The position numbers were made by a program, and so were the translations under genes. Source: Sphagnum compactum (taxonomy: Eukaryota). Taken from it: a DNA stretch of 64,000 bases. The stretch's first letter is position 1; each line of letters starts with the position of its first letter. The stretch spans positions 11,460,213 to 11,524,212 of the forward strand of contig OZ234493.1 in NCBI GenBank assembly GCA_965153455.1, read 5' to 3'. This document shows, piece after piece, positions 37,769-50,547 of this stretch. The notes under the pieces are model-generated. The model was not told where the DNA came from and ran no database searches. It was given only the letters and a program-made list of their open reading frames with translations.

Positions 37769-40700
37769 AAGGTGAATTTCTTGGATTACATATTTGTAAA
37801 TGAACATGATTTTGGATCAACATATTGTAATAAACTTCCATGAATTTTTTTTCAACATGCATATTGTTTTAAATGAACTTGAATTTTTATACACTATTTA
37901 CATAAATAGGTCGGTTATAGGTAGGGTAGCCTAAGTAGGTAGGAGGCACCTATTCATAAATGCATGTACCTAAGTAACATGTAGGTTATAGTCTACTAGC
38001 TTTTATAGGTACTTACTAAGTCTATGTTTATACCTACTTAGTAAGCTATCTATGCCTATGCCATTTAGTAGGCTATGTAAATACCTATTAACCTATTAAT
38101 AGACTTAACATAGGCATACTAGGTAAGTAGCCTAGCCTATTAGGTAGGTCTAGGTTTAGGCCACCTACCTAATAAGCTTAAGTGGCATAGCCTAGGTTAG
38201 CTACATACTTAATAGGCCTAGGTAGTTTAAGTTAAGCAATGTACCTACTTAGTAAGCCTAGGTGGCGTAACCTAGGTTAACTACATACCTAGTAGGCCTA
38301 GGTAGCCTATGTTAAGTTACATACCTACCTTGTAGGCTTAGGTGGTCTAGGTTAGGCTACCTGCCTTATAGGCTTATGTGGTTTAAGCTAATAACCTAGT
38401 TAATAGGATAGGCTACCTATAGGTAATTAATAAAAATAATTAAAAATGATTGATGAATTACTATAAATTATAAATAAATTTTAATTAATAATTATTCAAT
38501 GTAAACGGCTGACTATTGAATATTTCCTTTGAAATTTTAAATATTAAACATTAAATAATAATAATTTACTACTGATTACTTATTTTTAATTTTTAAATTA
38601 TTGGTTATTGATTATGTAGTATGAATTAATAATTATAAATTAATATATGACAAATTATTATTAACTTAAAAATTAGTTTAAAATAATCACTTATCAATAA
38701 TTATTTACAATTATATATTGACTACTATTAATTATTATGTTTACTATCAAATATTAGCCAAAAAAAGATATAATTGATAATTCAATAATAATAATTAATC
38801 AATTAACAAGTTGATGGATAAACTAATTATTGGCTATTAATTGAAATTTATTTGGTGATTAATTAATGAAATAAAATATTAATCATAAATTATTGAGTGT
38901 TAACTATCAATTATTAAATATTAACTAATTAATGTACTGAATTTAAATACTTACATGTGCCTAAAGGTAGCATGTTAATAGCCTATTAAACTTTATAAAT
39001 AGCTACTAGGTGTAATATGCCTAACTTAAGGCATACTAGCTATGAATTTAGGTTTGGTATGTACCCTATGCAAAATAAACTTGTAGGTTAAATAACCAAA
39101 TTAGTATGGTTGATTTGATTAATTGTAAATCACAATGACCATTAAGTATGGTCAATTTGACTAAGCCTTGGTCATCTTGATGGACCTCTGACCTTTTTGA
39201 CCAAATGTTTGGTTTGCCACACAGTCAAAAAGGTCACTTTAGTCAAATGTCTTAGTCAAAATAATTTGCATCTTTCATGGCCTAGGCCTTTAATCAAAAC
39301 AACCATCCCCCTTGGTCAATGTGAACATTTTAGTCAAGTTGGACCTTTTAAAAAGTCACATTTTTCTTGTAGTGTTTATTTTGGAACTATACCTTCATTC
39401 AAGGGTGTTACCTTGCATAAAGATTGAAGGACATGCAAATGGAACCCTTAGTTGAGGATTGCTTAATTTAAAGGGCTTATTTTGCATAAAGATTGAAGTA
39501 TGTTTCAATATATTTTATATTTTATTTTTTATTTTTTTGTCACTCATTATTAATGAATGGATAAAGGCATGGGAAACTGGTGGCAAAGAAGTTGGCATGG
39601 AATTTTATGTTGGTGGCAAACAATCACATTAATAGTGTTTGGTAAATGTAGGAATTGTGATTAATTTAGTTAGGGGTTTATGGAAAATAAACAAGGCAAT
39701 TGAAAGGAAAATGAGTTTTGTGTTTTGGTCCCCAAAAAAAAACCGATCAACATTGTAAGTGTGGAGGTAGCTTGTCTTGGCAAGCAAAAATGTTGGTTGC
39801 ACAACCAACCACATCACTTGTTAATTGAAATCTTGAATGACATGTTGAAATGAGGTGTTAAATTAATTCTTGGGGGAGAATGGGGGGGGGATTATCCTTG
39901 CTTGACCACAAAATTTGCATGTATGTTTGCTAAAGAAAAAAGAAGCATGTATGCTTGCTCAAGAAATAACAAAGAAAATTCGTAATTTCAATTGTGCCTA
40001 GTTTCATGAAACAAAGTCAAATGGTTGGTTGGAATGGTAGAGGTACAAAACTAGAAGTTTTGATTCATCAAGAGTTTGCTTGATTGTTCCAAAAGTCCAA
40101 CACAATGTGGGATGAGGGTTTACAGTTAAACAACAAGATGCTCATTTCTCAGAATTTTCATTTATGTTGCTTGAAAACCTTTGCATTACTGGTTGTGCTT
40201 GGTTTTGTTGTGTTGTGATGTGTTGTGTTTTGTGATTATTGTTCATAAGATTTTGCAAGAATGTTAGGGTAAATTTGATTGCTGTTTTGCAGAGTTTGTT
40301 GAAAACATATTAATGTTAGTATTAATGGTAGAATCTTTGTTGAAGCACTAAAAGAGTGGTTGTGTTGTGGTCTCAAAGTTGGTTGTTGTGTAAGGAGATG
40401 TAAAAACAATTTGGCGCGGTGTTTTTTTTTTTTGGAACTGTTTTTCCAACGTAATTTGTATACTTGCTTCATTGTAATGATAAATTAAAAAACTAAAGAC
40501 AAATTCTGAATAACAGTGTTATGAATGTATGGCTATGTACTTGAGTCAAATATAGAAAATTGGTGATTTTTATTTTTTTTCATTGTAATTTGGTGATTAA
40601 AAACTCCAAAACTCAATTTTCAGTATCTAGTTTTGTGCTTGTCCACAACTTTGGTATGCAATTATTTGTCTTATTTTCACATCAATTCTACCATTATCAC

Positions 40701-43062
40701 TTTTATTGTGCAACATGCCAAACAACACTATGGACATTTCATGATTTATGTATGTTGGAAAGTTTTTAATTCAAGTCTTGGTTTTGTAACAAGCTTTCAA
40801 GAGGTGAAACCCATGTTCTTTCATTTATCAATTCTTGATATGTTGATTTTAAAACTATGTTCAATTTCCTTCCACATGAATTTAGTCTACAATCACATCT
40901 ACTTTGTAAGATAACCAAACCATTAAGCTTAGTGTGTGAAACGACATTTTTCTAAAAGACTCATTGCATACATTAGGAATAGTGAAATGGTCAAAACCAA
41001 CGTTGTGTGGTTATGTAAACTTTTAAAGAAACACTAGTTTGGTGAAAAAATATTCATTGTAGATCAGTACTTGACTTTGGTGTTGTCAACAACAAACTAA
41101 GTATTTATCATGGTTGTTCGATTTTGGTTTCACAACTGGTTCCAATTTTGATCCTTACAATCCAAATTGATGTTTTTTGGGAGTTCAAGAACCACATCAA
41201 GAACAAGTCCAAGAGTTCTTGGGGGAGTGAAGAATGATCATAAGAACCGATTCGATGATTCTTATGACCCACTTGGTCTATGCGATTCTTACATGTAGGT
41301 AGTAGGTAGACTATTTTAAAATCTTATGTCATAAGGCTTATGTCTTAGGTCGTAAGAATTCAGATGTTTGGAATACCTACCCATGTTGAGTTTTTATGTT
41401 TCTTCTTCTTTTCCCACTCTTGGTTGCAATCTATTTTTCTTCTAAGTGTCATGGGTTCATAAAAAAAAACAAAAGTATGGCACAAAAAGGAGGAGGAACA
41501 ATAAGAAATTTTTTTCTCAATATGCAACTGCTACCATTGCTTTGGTTGTCATGCAATAAGCTAGTTAGAGATGGTTTTGCAAATCTAATATTATATTTGT
41601 TTGGAATAGTTGTTGTGCTTAGGGGAAAGAAAAAAAAATGTTGTCGTAGGATTTTTTTTTTCTTTTTTTTTGCAAAGGGGCTAATTCTTGTAGCTATTGT
41701 CATCATTGTAGTTTTTTTCCTTTTTTTTTCCCCTTACAAAAGGATTGGTTCTTATAATTGTTGTTGTCATAGTTTTTTCTATTTTTTTTCTTTTTGTTTA
41801 TATTTTTCTTGCAAATGGGTTAGCTCTTGTAAATGTTGTCATTGTTGTTGAATTTTTTTCATTTAGTTTTTTTTCCTACAAAGGGAGTTAGCTTTTGTAG
41901 CTGTTAACATCATCTCATTTTTTTTGTTTTTTTCTTACAAAGGGGTTAACTCTTGTACTTGTTGTTGTCATAATTGTTATAGTTTTTGGCAAAAGAAAAG
42001 CAATCACTTTGTTGATTATGAATTAAAGAATGTTGTAGGAACATGAATGTTTAATGTGAGGTTTTGAAGCAATGGTGGTTTTAATCTTCTTATTTTATTG
42101 GTTGTTGCTCTAGTTGGATTCATCAAGGCATTGGCAACATTAATGTAGTTCTTTGTGATCCATCATGCACATCTTTTAGCAACATATAAACAAATCAATT
42201 GCGGCATATGTTATAATTTTAACACAATTGTGTACCTTCAACATATTCTTATGCATTTTCACTACAACAAAAGAGGGGCATATTGCGATCCAAATATCAT
42301 CGCAAACAACAAAGAAAACAGTTTCCGAAAACCCGCAGTTCCGAACAACAATTCCTCGCAAACTCTTAAGCCTTTGCGAAACCCTCACCTTCGCACCCGT
42401 ACAATCGCAAGCTCTTCGCAACTCCCGAAACTGAAACAATCACAAAACATTTCCGATTATAATGTCTTCTATACATGATTTGTGATTCACAATACATCGA
42501 AAATTATTTGCAACAAACCCAACATCGCAACGACTTAGCGAATAGACGCAAAAATCTATCGGTTTTCGATATAACGTCTAACGCAAACGTTTTGTGATGT
42601 TTACGATGCCGCTACGAATTTGCGATAAAACAAACATCGGAAACGTTTTGAAACAAACTCATCAACGCTACAACTTAGCGAATCGACTCAAAACTCTATC
42701 GGTTTCCGATATAATATCTAACGCAAAGAGTTTGCGATTTGCAAAATGTCGCTAAACGTTTGCGAAATGTAGGATTTCGCAAACCTGTTCTGGAATGATT
42801 TTAACCGTCAGAGTTTAGCGATGTTTGTGAGATGGTATATTTGGTCTTTTGGCTTTTGTAGTGTTGCGAAGAAATATGACTCGCAAATAGTTTTGAGATT
42901 GACTGTGTATCGCAAGAGCATGGCACTGTATTCTTATTTTGTACACAGGGTTTATATTCATTTGGAGTCACTTTGGGCCGGAAAAAAAAAATCTATATCA
43001 AAATTTCAAAAGTTACAATGTAAAAGGGTTTGCAAGTCTCAGGTATCTAACACACTAGTTGT

Positions 43063-44854
43063 CTATCTAGACCTCCTTCCCCTCTTGGATTTCTTCCTTG
43101 AATCTTTCTTCTTAGTGTTCTCTGGTGGAGGGGGAGGCTGCTCATCCTCCTCCCTCTCTTCATCGTCCCCCTGCCCCTCCTCCTCGTCCTCATCCTCCTC
43201 CCTACCCACGCCCCCTGCAGAACCTGCATTTTGACTAGCAAATGAATTGGGTCCACTGCTAGTGGTAGCTACACTGGGGGGAGCAGTGCTAGCGCCTCTC
43301 TCCTCCTCATCACTGCTGCCCTGAGAGCTCTCGCTCTCACCCTCAGATGCCTGCATTTCAACATGCAAAGCTTAGTTAATAATGAAAATCTTGATTCAAA
43401 TGAAAACAATCTCAACACAAACAGAAATTCAATCCCAACCAATACCCACTCACCAATAGTGCATCAACATGTTCAAAAAGATGCTCCTTGCCATGCTCCT
43501 GGCCCATTGTCATTTCTGCAGCTGTGATCTTCCTATTGTACCTCTTGTACTGTCCCCATAAAACAACAGGTCAAAAAAAACGCATATTTGCGAAGCGTAG
43601 AACTTCGCATATTTTAACTTGCGAAGCAGTTTGCGATTTGTTCAAGTCTACGAACTCTTTTGCGAAGCGCAGACTTTCACATACTGTATCTTGCGAAGCA
43701 GTTTGCGAAACAAATAGCATCGTAACTTTGCGAACTAAACGCCATTTGACACATCTTTGCGATGCAATTCGCATCGCAAAAGGTATCCCAAACAGTCCTA
43801 TGTGACTCGATAGAAACGAATCTTTGCAACAAAAAAAATGGAGGGTAGGGAGTGTACTTACAAATGCTGCTTTGAGGCCGGGAATGCCACCTTGCCCTAG
43901 CCTGTGGGTGGTGGGTGGAACCAGTTTCACTCGCTCTGCTACCTTGAGGAACTTCAATGGTGGATCACCGACCTCGTCCACCACTGATTGGCATTCAGCA
44001 AGCTTCAGCTCCAGTGCCTTCAGGTCACGGTCCGACCTCCCAGACTCTCGTGCCTTCTTGGCCTTGGCTAGCTGCTCTGTGATCTCCTTCAGCTGCCTTG
44101 CTGCTTTCAGCTGCACCTCAGACTGGTAGAAGGCATTCCAGATGTCTTCTGAGAAATGAAGCGGCCTCTCCAAGTTCCTGTACACATTCAGGTCTCTCAG
44201 GTGAGCACGAATCTTCATCCTGTCATGGTATCTTGCTTGAGACATTGAATTGGAGATCTTGTCTGCAATCCACTGTGAATCAAGCTCTCCTCCATTTCGA
44301 AATGCTCCCTTGACCTGATTTATCACTCTCCTCTACTCTGCCTTTGAGAGAGTGCCCCACTCAACTCCTCGTGCAAAGTTGGTGGAGACAATGTGCCTAA
44401 TGGTGCTCTTGGCCCCAGTGTATGCCAGCTCGGTTGGAATTCCCTCCTCTGCCAATGTTATCAGAGGGAGCTTCTTCCTCTCCTCCTCCTTTTTCTTCAG
44501 ATCGAGCTTCTCCTTTCTGATGGCATCCCTCTCATCCTTCCTCCTTTTCTTCTCGAGCGTTCTAGGTGAGAGAGCTCCTATTGTTGCTCTCTCATCTCTC
44601 TTTCTCTTCTTCTCTGCTGCCTTGGCTTCTGCAGCCTTCCTTGCCTCCTCCTCTTTTTGTGCTTCCCCAGCAGTCAGCCCTGCTTGCAATGCTTGACCTA
44701 AGATGGCTGTCAAGGATGGCAGCCCTTCAGGTGTCCTAGTATCGATTGCAAACAGCTCTGAAGCTCTCAAGTGATCAGCAACCATCTTCCTCAACCTTTC
44801 CTCATTGTTGTCACCTCCTCTAGACCCAAAACCCCCTCCACCAGTCCCAGCCAT
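43063..44854 (-). pseudogene. CACTA second ORF (TnpA-like/unknown), spliced, one internal TAG at 44333-44335
   Basis: ORFs 44333-44932 and 43571-44326 are in one frame across a single TAG; donor GTAAGT at 43861, small exon ~43550-43453, acidic/basic tail exon 43351-43063; lies inside the CACTA termini. Confidence 0.65.
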
Positions 44855-45234
44855 TGCAATCCGCCCCCTCCTGTCTGCCCAAGCTTTCCTTCTACAATTC
44901 TCGAGCAATGCCGAGAATGAGTTCAAATTCACTCGCCGTGGTACTCTAGTCTAGACCCCCAGAAAGCTTGGGCAGACACCTCATTCCGTTCCAGCTTAAG
45001 GACTTTCGGAAATTCAGGGCTTGCGATGTAACCCGCATCGCAACCTGCGATACGGTATTGCTCGCAACGGCCGTGCAATGCTGTTCGTATCGCAACGGAT
45101 GAAGGTTGCGAAGTCGGGGGCTTCGCTAACGTAGGAGGAAGTTAAAGGTTTTAGGGCTTTGGTTTAAGTAACGTATGTAGATGCGAAAAGGGATGCGATG
45201 GTAGGGGGTTTGCAAGGGGCTCGCAAAGTTTTAG

Positions 45235-48154
45235 TACATGTGAAGAGGCTCGATATGATCCTCAGATGCTTACAGAGAAGGTGCCCAGGAAATCAGTAAG
45301 GTGGTTTCCCATTATTCCTCGCTTGCTGCACATGTATCGATGTATAGACTTGGCCGAGTTAATGGTTTGGCATAAGGAACATCGATCAGAGCCTGGTGTT
45401 ATGAGGTTACCGGTTGACTCTCCTGCTCACAAGCATGTGGAGTCAACATGGCCAGAGTTTGAGCGTGACCCTAGGCATGTGAGGTTGGGGTTAACATCAG
45501 ATGGTGTTAGTCCACATTCACTTGGAGGAAAGGGACGACCTACCTCTGTTTGGCCAGTTGTTGTCATGAATTACAACCTTCCTCCGTGGTTGTCTATGAA
45601 AAAAGGATTTTTGCTGCTTTCTCTTATTATCCCAGGGCCAAGTAAGGTGAAAAACCTAGACACCTACTTAGCACTAGTGGTCGATGAGCTCAAAACATTG
45701 TGGGATGGAGTATGGGCATATGATGGGAGGAAGACCACTGGAGGAATACCACATGTATTCAAGTTGAGGGCAATCTGCATGTGGACAATGCATGATTATC
45801 CTGGTAAGAAATCATGCACATGCCTCTATATATTTCTTTATTATTCTGTTTTGTGATTATTTGTTGTTCTAATATTCCGTTCTTCTACAATCAGGGTTTG
45901 GTTTTGTAAGTGGGCTGCAAACTCAAGGCTACAAGGCCTGCTCTACATGTGGCCCAAGTTTCGAGGACATGGCTAAATACTCAAGCCATCTTCGCGAAAT
46001 TGTTTACCTTGGCCATACAAAGTTTCTTCCACTGGGACATGATATGAGATCAGACCCACTTTTATTTTCATCTTTTGACATGCTTTATGGTGATGAGCGT
46101 GATATTCCAGAAGCTACCACTTTTGCATATTGGAGGGATGTGACCAATAGAGTTATTGACCTAAATGATTCTATGGTGTTTGAGGGTAGTGGATTGACAA
46201 GGTGGGGTATACTCAACAGCTTGCCTTACTGGGGTGAGCTGAAAATACGTCATCTCTTGGACCCCATGCACATTGAGGGAAATGTGGGAAAGGCTATCAT
46301 AAAACAGCTCTATGGAAAGAAGGACAATAACTTTAGGGAGGCCTGTGAGGATTTTGAGAGGCATCCCGATGTGTGGATTACTGTTGATCCTAACACAGGT
46401 ATTGAGCAACGACCATCAGCTCCATGGACACTTACTACACAAGAAAGAAGAGACTTTCGAAATCGCATAAGAGAGATGCGATTCCCTACAGGTTTGAACT
46501 TTGATGGCAAGGTTTGAATTTAGAAGTACTCTATTGCTTTTATTTATATTTAAATCTGTATGCCTTATACTGGAAAAAGAGTTTGAAGTATAGAATGTTA
46601 TCTGTTGGATGTCTAGAATACTTTTGTATAATTTTATGGTACCTTGTTGCAGGTTATGGAGCTAATCTTCAAAAAGCTTTTAGTAGGGACGATGACCACA
46701 AGTGGCCAAGGTATCTCAAGACACATGACTATCATCGTTTACTGCAACACATATTGCCTGTGGCAATAATAGGCTTAGCTAGTGCAGAAGTACAAGATGC
46801 TCTTTGGTCGTTGGGATATCTGTTGAGATGGGTATGCTCAAAAGAGTTATTTGTAGAGGAGATTCCAAGAATGAGGGTAATAGCAGCAGAGGTGGTATGC
46901 AAGTTGGAAAAGGCCTTCCCTCCATCATTATTTGATTGTCAAGTGCATTTACTAGTTCACCTTGTGGATGAAATAGCCATTGCTGGTCCTGTGCATTGTC
47001 GGTGGATGTATTGGCTTGAAAGATATATGGCAGTATTAAAAGGTTATGTCCGTAACCATGCACGAGTGGAGGGAAGCATGGCAGCAGGACACTTGGCAGC
47101 AGAGAGCATGTTTTATTGCACCAACATCTTGGCCACTATAGATCCATCATGTCCTCATGTCTGGATGGAGGAAAGAGAAGAGGAGGAAGACCGTTTGACT
47201 GGTGCCATCAAAACATGTATGTTATTACCAACAGAGTTAATTCAGTTGACCACATTCATGTTGAATAATAACAATGTCATGGAAGAGTGGAGGAACTTCT
47301 ATGAGAATGCCAAAAGTATGAATGGGAGATCAAGGATTTTTCCTACGTTTCATAAGTACATGAAAGAGAAGTTGGTTGAAGTGGATCAATTGTTGGCACA
47401 AGGAGAAAGTATAGCATGTTTTCCAGAGATCACAGATGATGTTCGCACCATGGTTCATGGACCACTGAGAGTTGTGACAACACGTTCAGCAATGTGGACA
47501 CAAGGAAGACATTTCAGGTATTCATTTTTTCTATTTCATTAGGCATATTAATTCATCTTCATATTCCAGACAAGTTTTTTAGAATGATCTAGGATGATTT
47601 TTATGGGCATGAAGTTTCTATTATCATATAAGTTTAGGACTCACAATGCCTAACACAATATTAATTTCAGGATTTCCAGTTTGGATGAAAAAAGGGGCTG
47701 CACCTTTGACTGTGGAGTTCAAGGGCAATTCATTCAGGACTCTAGAAGCAGTCGGCATGACAGGAATATTGTTCGAGATATTGTGCCACATTATGGAAAG
47801 CTGGAAGAGATCTTGGTGGTATCTTATGATGCACATTCAAAGTTTGAAGAGTATGTGTTTAAGTGCAAGTGGTTTAAAGTGAACCTTGCTGGTGCAAATT
47901 GCACTGTAGTTCAGGATGAGTGCGGACACACACGGTTAAAGACATCTGCCACCAGTTATCAGCCATTTCATTGGCAAACTTCAGAGCCATTTACTTTTCC
48001 CAGTCATGTAGAACAATGCTTTTATCTTCCTTATCCCCCAAACCCAGAGGAGTGGTCACTTGTTGTCACATATGTGCCACGGTCTCGTTCTATTCTAGGT
48101 GAGAAACCAGAGGTTGTGTTTACAACCTCTGAGGTGGATGATGACCACGTATAA
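45235..48154 (+). CDS. CACTA Tnp2/TnpD transposase, 5'-truncated (exons ~45235-45803, 45895-46491, 46653-47516, 47671-48154)
   Basis: WFPIIPRL, DPRHVRLGLTSDGVSP, SVWPV..YNLPPW, MHDYPG, LDPMHIEGN, LKTHDYH, HLLVHLVDE..GPVHCRWMYWLERYM..LKGYVRN, YGKLEEI, FKCKWF, EPF.FPSHVEQCFY. Confidence 0.92.
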
Positions 48155-50421
48155 TGTACTACTCATTAATTTTATGCAAATTACCATTGAGGCTTGTGAT
48201 TCTATATTACTGCACAATGTTCATTGTGTCATTTTCTGCCTATTCTACTCCATTGTGTAATTTTATTTTCAAGAATAGGAGCACTGCTATGCGTACTTTA
48301 TTGATATTTTCACTCAGTCTACTAAGGCAACATAGATTATAATAATGGTTAAGTGGATTTATAGCTTCCATTTGGTCTAAAAGATTTTTTATTTTTTTAT
48401 GGCGTTTTGAGAATCAAATGACATTGTGAAACCCTTTTGCGAAACTTCCTTCTCCAGTAACCCTTTCACTACTTTGCGAGCTAACTCACATCGCACCTTA
48501 CGATACATCCACCACCGGAAAGTTTTGTAAAAATTTGTGATGAGGTTTGCGATACATATTGAAACGCAAACTGCGAGGCGCCACATACCGCACGTTGCGA
48601 TGTGTTGTGGATCTCAAAGTCTGTAGCGATACTCTGTGTATTGTAAAGGTTGCGATGTTTTGAGTATGATTAAACGTTGCGAAGGGTGGAATTTCGCTAC
48701 GGTGGACAGAGACTGAGCGGATCGCAAAGTTTTGTTTGTTGTGTATCTCGCAAAAGTGCTGCGATGATTAAAGGTTCATTCTAAATTTGCGATGAATGGT
48801 GCGCCACAAGTTGCGATGCGGAACGCATCACAAATTTGGCAAATTTTTTTTCCTTCGCAAACCCTTCAGGTTTTTTGTTTTTCTTTCGCAAAACCTTCAG
48901 ATTTTTTGTTTGGCCCTTCGCAAAAGGGCACAATATGTAGTAGTGTTTGATAACTTTTGAATGCTATATATTGCAATCCCAAATCCATTAGCTTCATTGA
49001 TTGAACTGCTTTTACACCTTAAAAACTGGGAATTGAATTAAAACTTGAACTAATGGGCCTTATCAACATAATAGTTGTTAGAATTGGGAATTAGTGGTAA
49101 AAAAAAATTGACTTGGGCCCATGATCAATCGGTTTTGATTTTTTCAGGAGTTTAAAATAATTGAAACTAACATTTTATGAAATATTTAGGAATTGAAATC
49201 AACCGTTCTTTGAAAAACCTAAAAACTAAGCAACACTTATATTTTCCAACTTAACATTCTATGGATGTAAACAAATTTAGTGATTTACTTGACATTTGTA
49301 ATGTATGAGGAAATGTGAGTTGCAACAAATGTAAGTAAATAAAATGGAGTAGGTGACATAGCCTTGTTCATTGGTGCCTTTTTAGCTAATCCATATTGTG
49401 GAAAATATTGGGCTTCCATTGTCTTCAACTTTGTGTTCATTTATAACTAAATAATAAGTTTTTTCACATCCTCAATCATTTGCACTTTAAATAAGAGAAA
49501 GATTTGTTGAACATTTTCTTGGATTGTATTTCACAACTATTTTTCTTTCTACTATGTTTTATTTGCCTCGCACAAATCCCTTATCATATGTACATACATT
49601 CAAATGGTATTAAATTCATGAAAAAATTATAATTTTGACATACAGATTAATGTATTTGAGTGTTTAAGAGCATAGAGGATCAAGACATGGATTATTGTGT
49701 GGAATTGACCTCATTTTAAAAATAAATTCTTATGCTTTATATTGTCTATGGAACTAATAAGACATGTTCCTTGCTAATGTTGAACTTAAATGCTTGTATG
49801 ACTAGTTTTTTTAGATCATGTATTTTGCATGTGTACACAATATGTCATTCACATTATTTTCATGGATAAACATACTTTCAATTGAAGTCATGCTAAGGTC
49901 ATGTCTACTTAATTGTGTATCTTTTTGAGAATTTGGTATCACCAACTAACTACCATGATCCAAAATATGATCACTATTCTACAAAAATGGGTTACAACAA
50001 TTATTCATTACTAGAATTTGTTGTTTGTTACTCAATTGGACAAGCTCACTTGTTCATTAAAATTTGTAAAACTTCAATGACTTTTGTGTATTGCATTATT
50101 TTTTTCAATGCATGGAGATCAATGTTGTTTCTCATTTTTCATATAGCTCATAACTAGTTTAATATTGAGATGTATTCTAGATGGGCCATATATGATGTCT
50201 ATTTGGAATCCAAGACTAGATTGATTGTACATTTCTTTGTGTAAGGCACCCCCATAAAGACTATATTCAACAAAGATATCCAAAATAAGGACCACATCCT
50301 CCTTTGCCACAAAGTGTATACTCACAACCAAAATTTGGTAATAAAATGTACTTAATAGTTAGAGCTAATGGTGATGAATTTGTGTGTGTTTTTGAAGTGC
50401 AAAATTGTTGCAATGTTTTTA

Positions 50422-50547
50422 CAATTCAAGAAGAGAGAAATTTGTTGCAAATTTGTTGTGTTGTTTTGGAATGTGAATTGTAGCAATTTCTTTTTTCAAT
50501 TCAAGAGAAGAGAAATTTGTTGCAAATTTGTTGTGTTGTTTTGGAGT
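50422..50547. repeat. Short direct duplication (~50 bp)
   Basis: CAATTCAAGA.GAGAAATTTGTTGCAAATTTGTTGTGTTGTTTTGGA twice. Confidence 0.75.

Larger units (their letters stand above)
34436..39374. mobile_element. Non-autonomous CACTA element (outer)
   Basis: CACTACAAGAAA...TTTCTTGTAGTG TIRs, TTT TSD, TTGAC/GTCAA subterminal motifs, CCTAGG/TAGG-rich interior. Confidence 0.85.
42260..48945. mobile_element. CACTA (En/Spm) element, 6.7 kb, internal-deletion derivative
   Basis: CACTACAACA...TGTAGTAGTG termini, TTT TSD, dense TCGCAA/TTGCGA subterminal motifs at both ends, Tnp2 coding region. Confidence 0.93.

Noticed and set aside
41396-41970. Hydrophobic 151-aa ORF
   Set aside because: Low-complexity T-rich repeats; no recognisable domain
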